Below, piece after piece: positions 63,646-64,000 of a stretch of DNA of 64,000 nt (positions within the stretch are counted from its first letter, which is position 1; every line of letters starts with the position of its first letter). This DNA comes from Dehalococcoidia bacterium (lineage in GTDB: Bacteria > Chloroflexota > Dehalococcoidia > Lucifugimonadales > UBA3495): NCBI GenBank assembly GCA_965204865.1, contig OZ242027.1:2243986-2307985 (forward strand). Reading direction: 5' to 3'. The notes below the pieces were generated by a model. The model saw only the letters and a list, made by a program, of their open reading frames with translations. It ran no database searches and was not told where the DNA came from. Position numbers and translations under genes: made by a program.

Positions 63646-64000
63646 CGATTGGCCTCCATGGGGGGAGATTTCGTGTCGCCCGAGGTGAGGGGCCAGTGGG
63701 GGCTCCACCCCCCGCTGGTTCCCGTCTCACGTCAAACGAGCAAGATACCGCTTATTGAACACACCGACGACGTGGCAGTCAAACGCCATAGGATGCCCCA
63801 CTGGCTACTGCCCGCGGCCAGCTCGAGTCCGGTGTTCAACCCCCCCGCTGTGCCTTACACTCGCATCCTTCGACTAGCCTACGGGCAGAACGAGGGGCGT
63901 GTAGATGACAGCAGGAAGCCACACCAGCCCGGATCAGCAGCGCCCGCCGGAGAAGGGGGTGGCGGCCAAGCTAAAGCGGATGAAGAATGCGGTCTGGCGT

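Noticed and set aside
63286-64000. Frame-1 plus-strand reading frame open from GTG 63286 to the window end (about 238 codons, not in the ORF track)
   Set aside because: The translation is Pro/Gly/Ala-rich without motifs, and it overlaps a minus-strand ORF with a better Shine-Dalgarno sequence. Long open frames are expected by chance at this G+C. A separate ATG at 63905 (MTAGSHTSPDQQRPPEKGVAAKLKRMKNAVWR..) may be the start of a real gene running off the window, but 32 codons are too few to call.
1-64000. Search by eye for tRNA, rRNA, tmRNA and riboswitch leaders
   Set aside because: I found no T-loop GGTTCGAATCC-type motifs in spacers, and the spacers are short and mostly filled by REP copies. 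A covariance-model scan (tRNAscan-SE or Infernal/Rfam) would be needed to exclude small RNAs.

Overview
High-G+C bacterial chromosomal segment. Most sampled 60-nt lines count about two-thirds G+C by hand, with several islands near 45-50%. It is densely packed with about 58 protein genes. I saw no rRNA, tRNA or CRISPR array by eye. The lineage is not determinable from the sequence alone; gene content (many LLM/F420-type oxidoreductases, hydantoinase A/B, MmgE/PrpD, acyl-CoA dehydrogenases, amidohydrolases) weakly suggests a Chloroflexota-like organism.

Gene content, in order:
- a heterodimeric ABC exporter pair and two tandem universal stress protein paralogues
- a DsbA/FrnE-like gene, a HAD hydrolase and rpiB
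- otsA-otsB (trehalose-6-P synthesis)
- tyrA-aroA-gmk-lipA
- a small DUF4258/DUF2283 toxin-antitoxin-like pair
- pncB, a fused EtfB-EtfA, MmgE/PrpD, an intact IS982-family insertion and two acyl-CoA dehydrogenases
- two paralogous BNR beta-propeller genes
- hicAB with a frameshifted hicA
- a separated hyuB and hyuA pair
- a minus-strand pentose-phosphate array, tkt-pgi-gnd-zwf
- htrA and a cluster of redox and PLP enzymes

Main hunt results:
1. The DsbA/FrnE-like gene has an in-frame TGA exactly at the first Cys of its CPWC motif, followed by a SECIS-like hairpin. It is a candidate selenoprotein.
2. A roughly 40-nt palindromic repeat (REP-A, 22 copies) occupies about a third of the intergenic spacers. 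It carries a G3N3G3N3G3N3G3 tract, supplies stop codons to three genes and abuts two start codons, and sits in frame inside pgi.
3. A second palindrome family (REP-B) sits in frame inside otsB and at the centre of a 128-bp MITE-like element with 11-bp terminal inverted repeats and a 10-bp direct duplication.
4. A low-G+C cassette is translationally coupled to hyuB. HyuB has a C-terminal extension homologous to the next small gene (PaREP1/HEPN-like by recollection), followed by a RecB-type PD-(D/E)XK nuclease-fold protein with an unknown C-terminal domain. This is my best candidate for an undescribed defence or toxin-antitoxin-like system.

All calls come from reading the sequence and the ORF track. 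No database search or computation was run.
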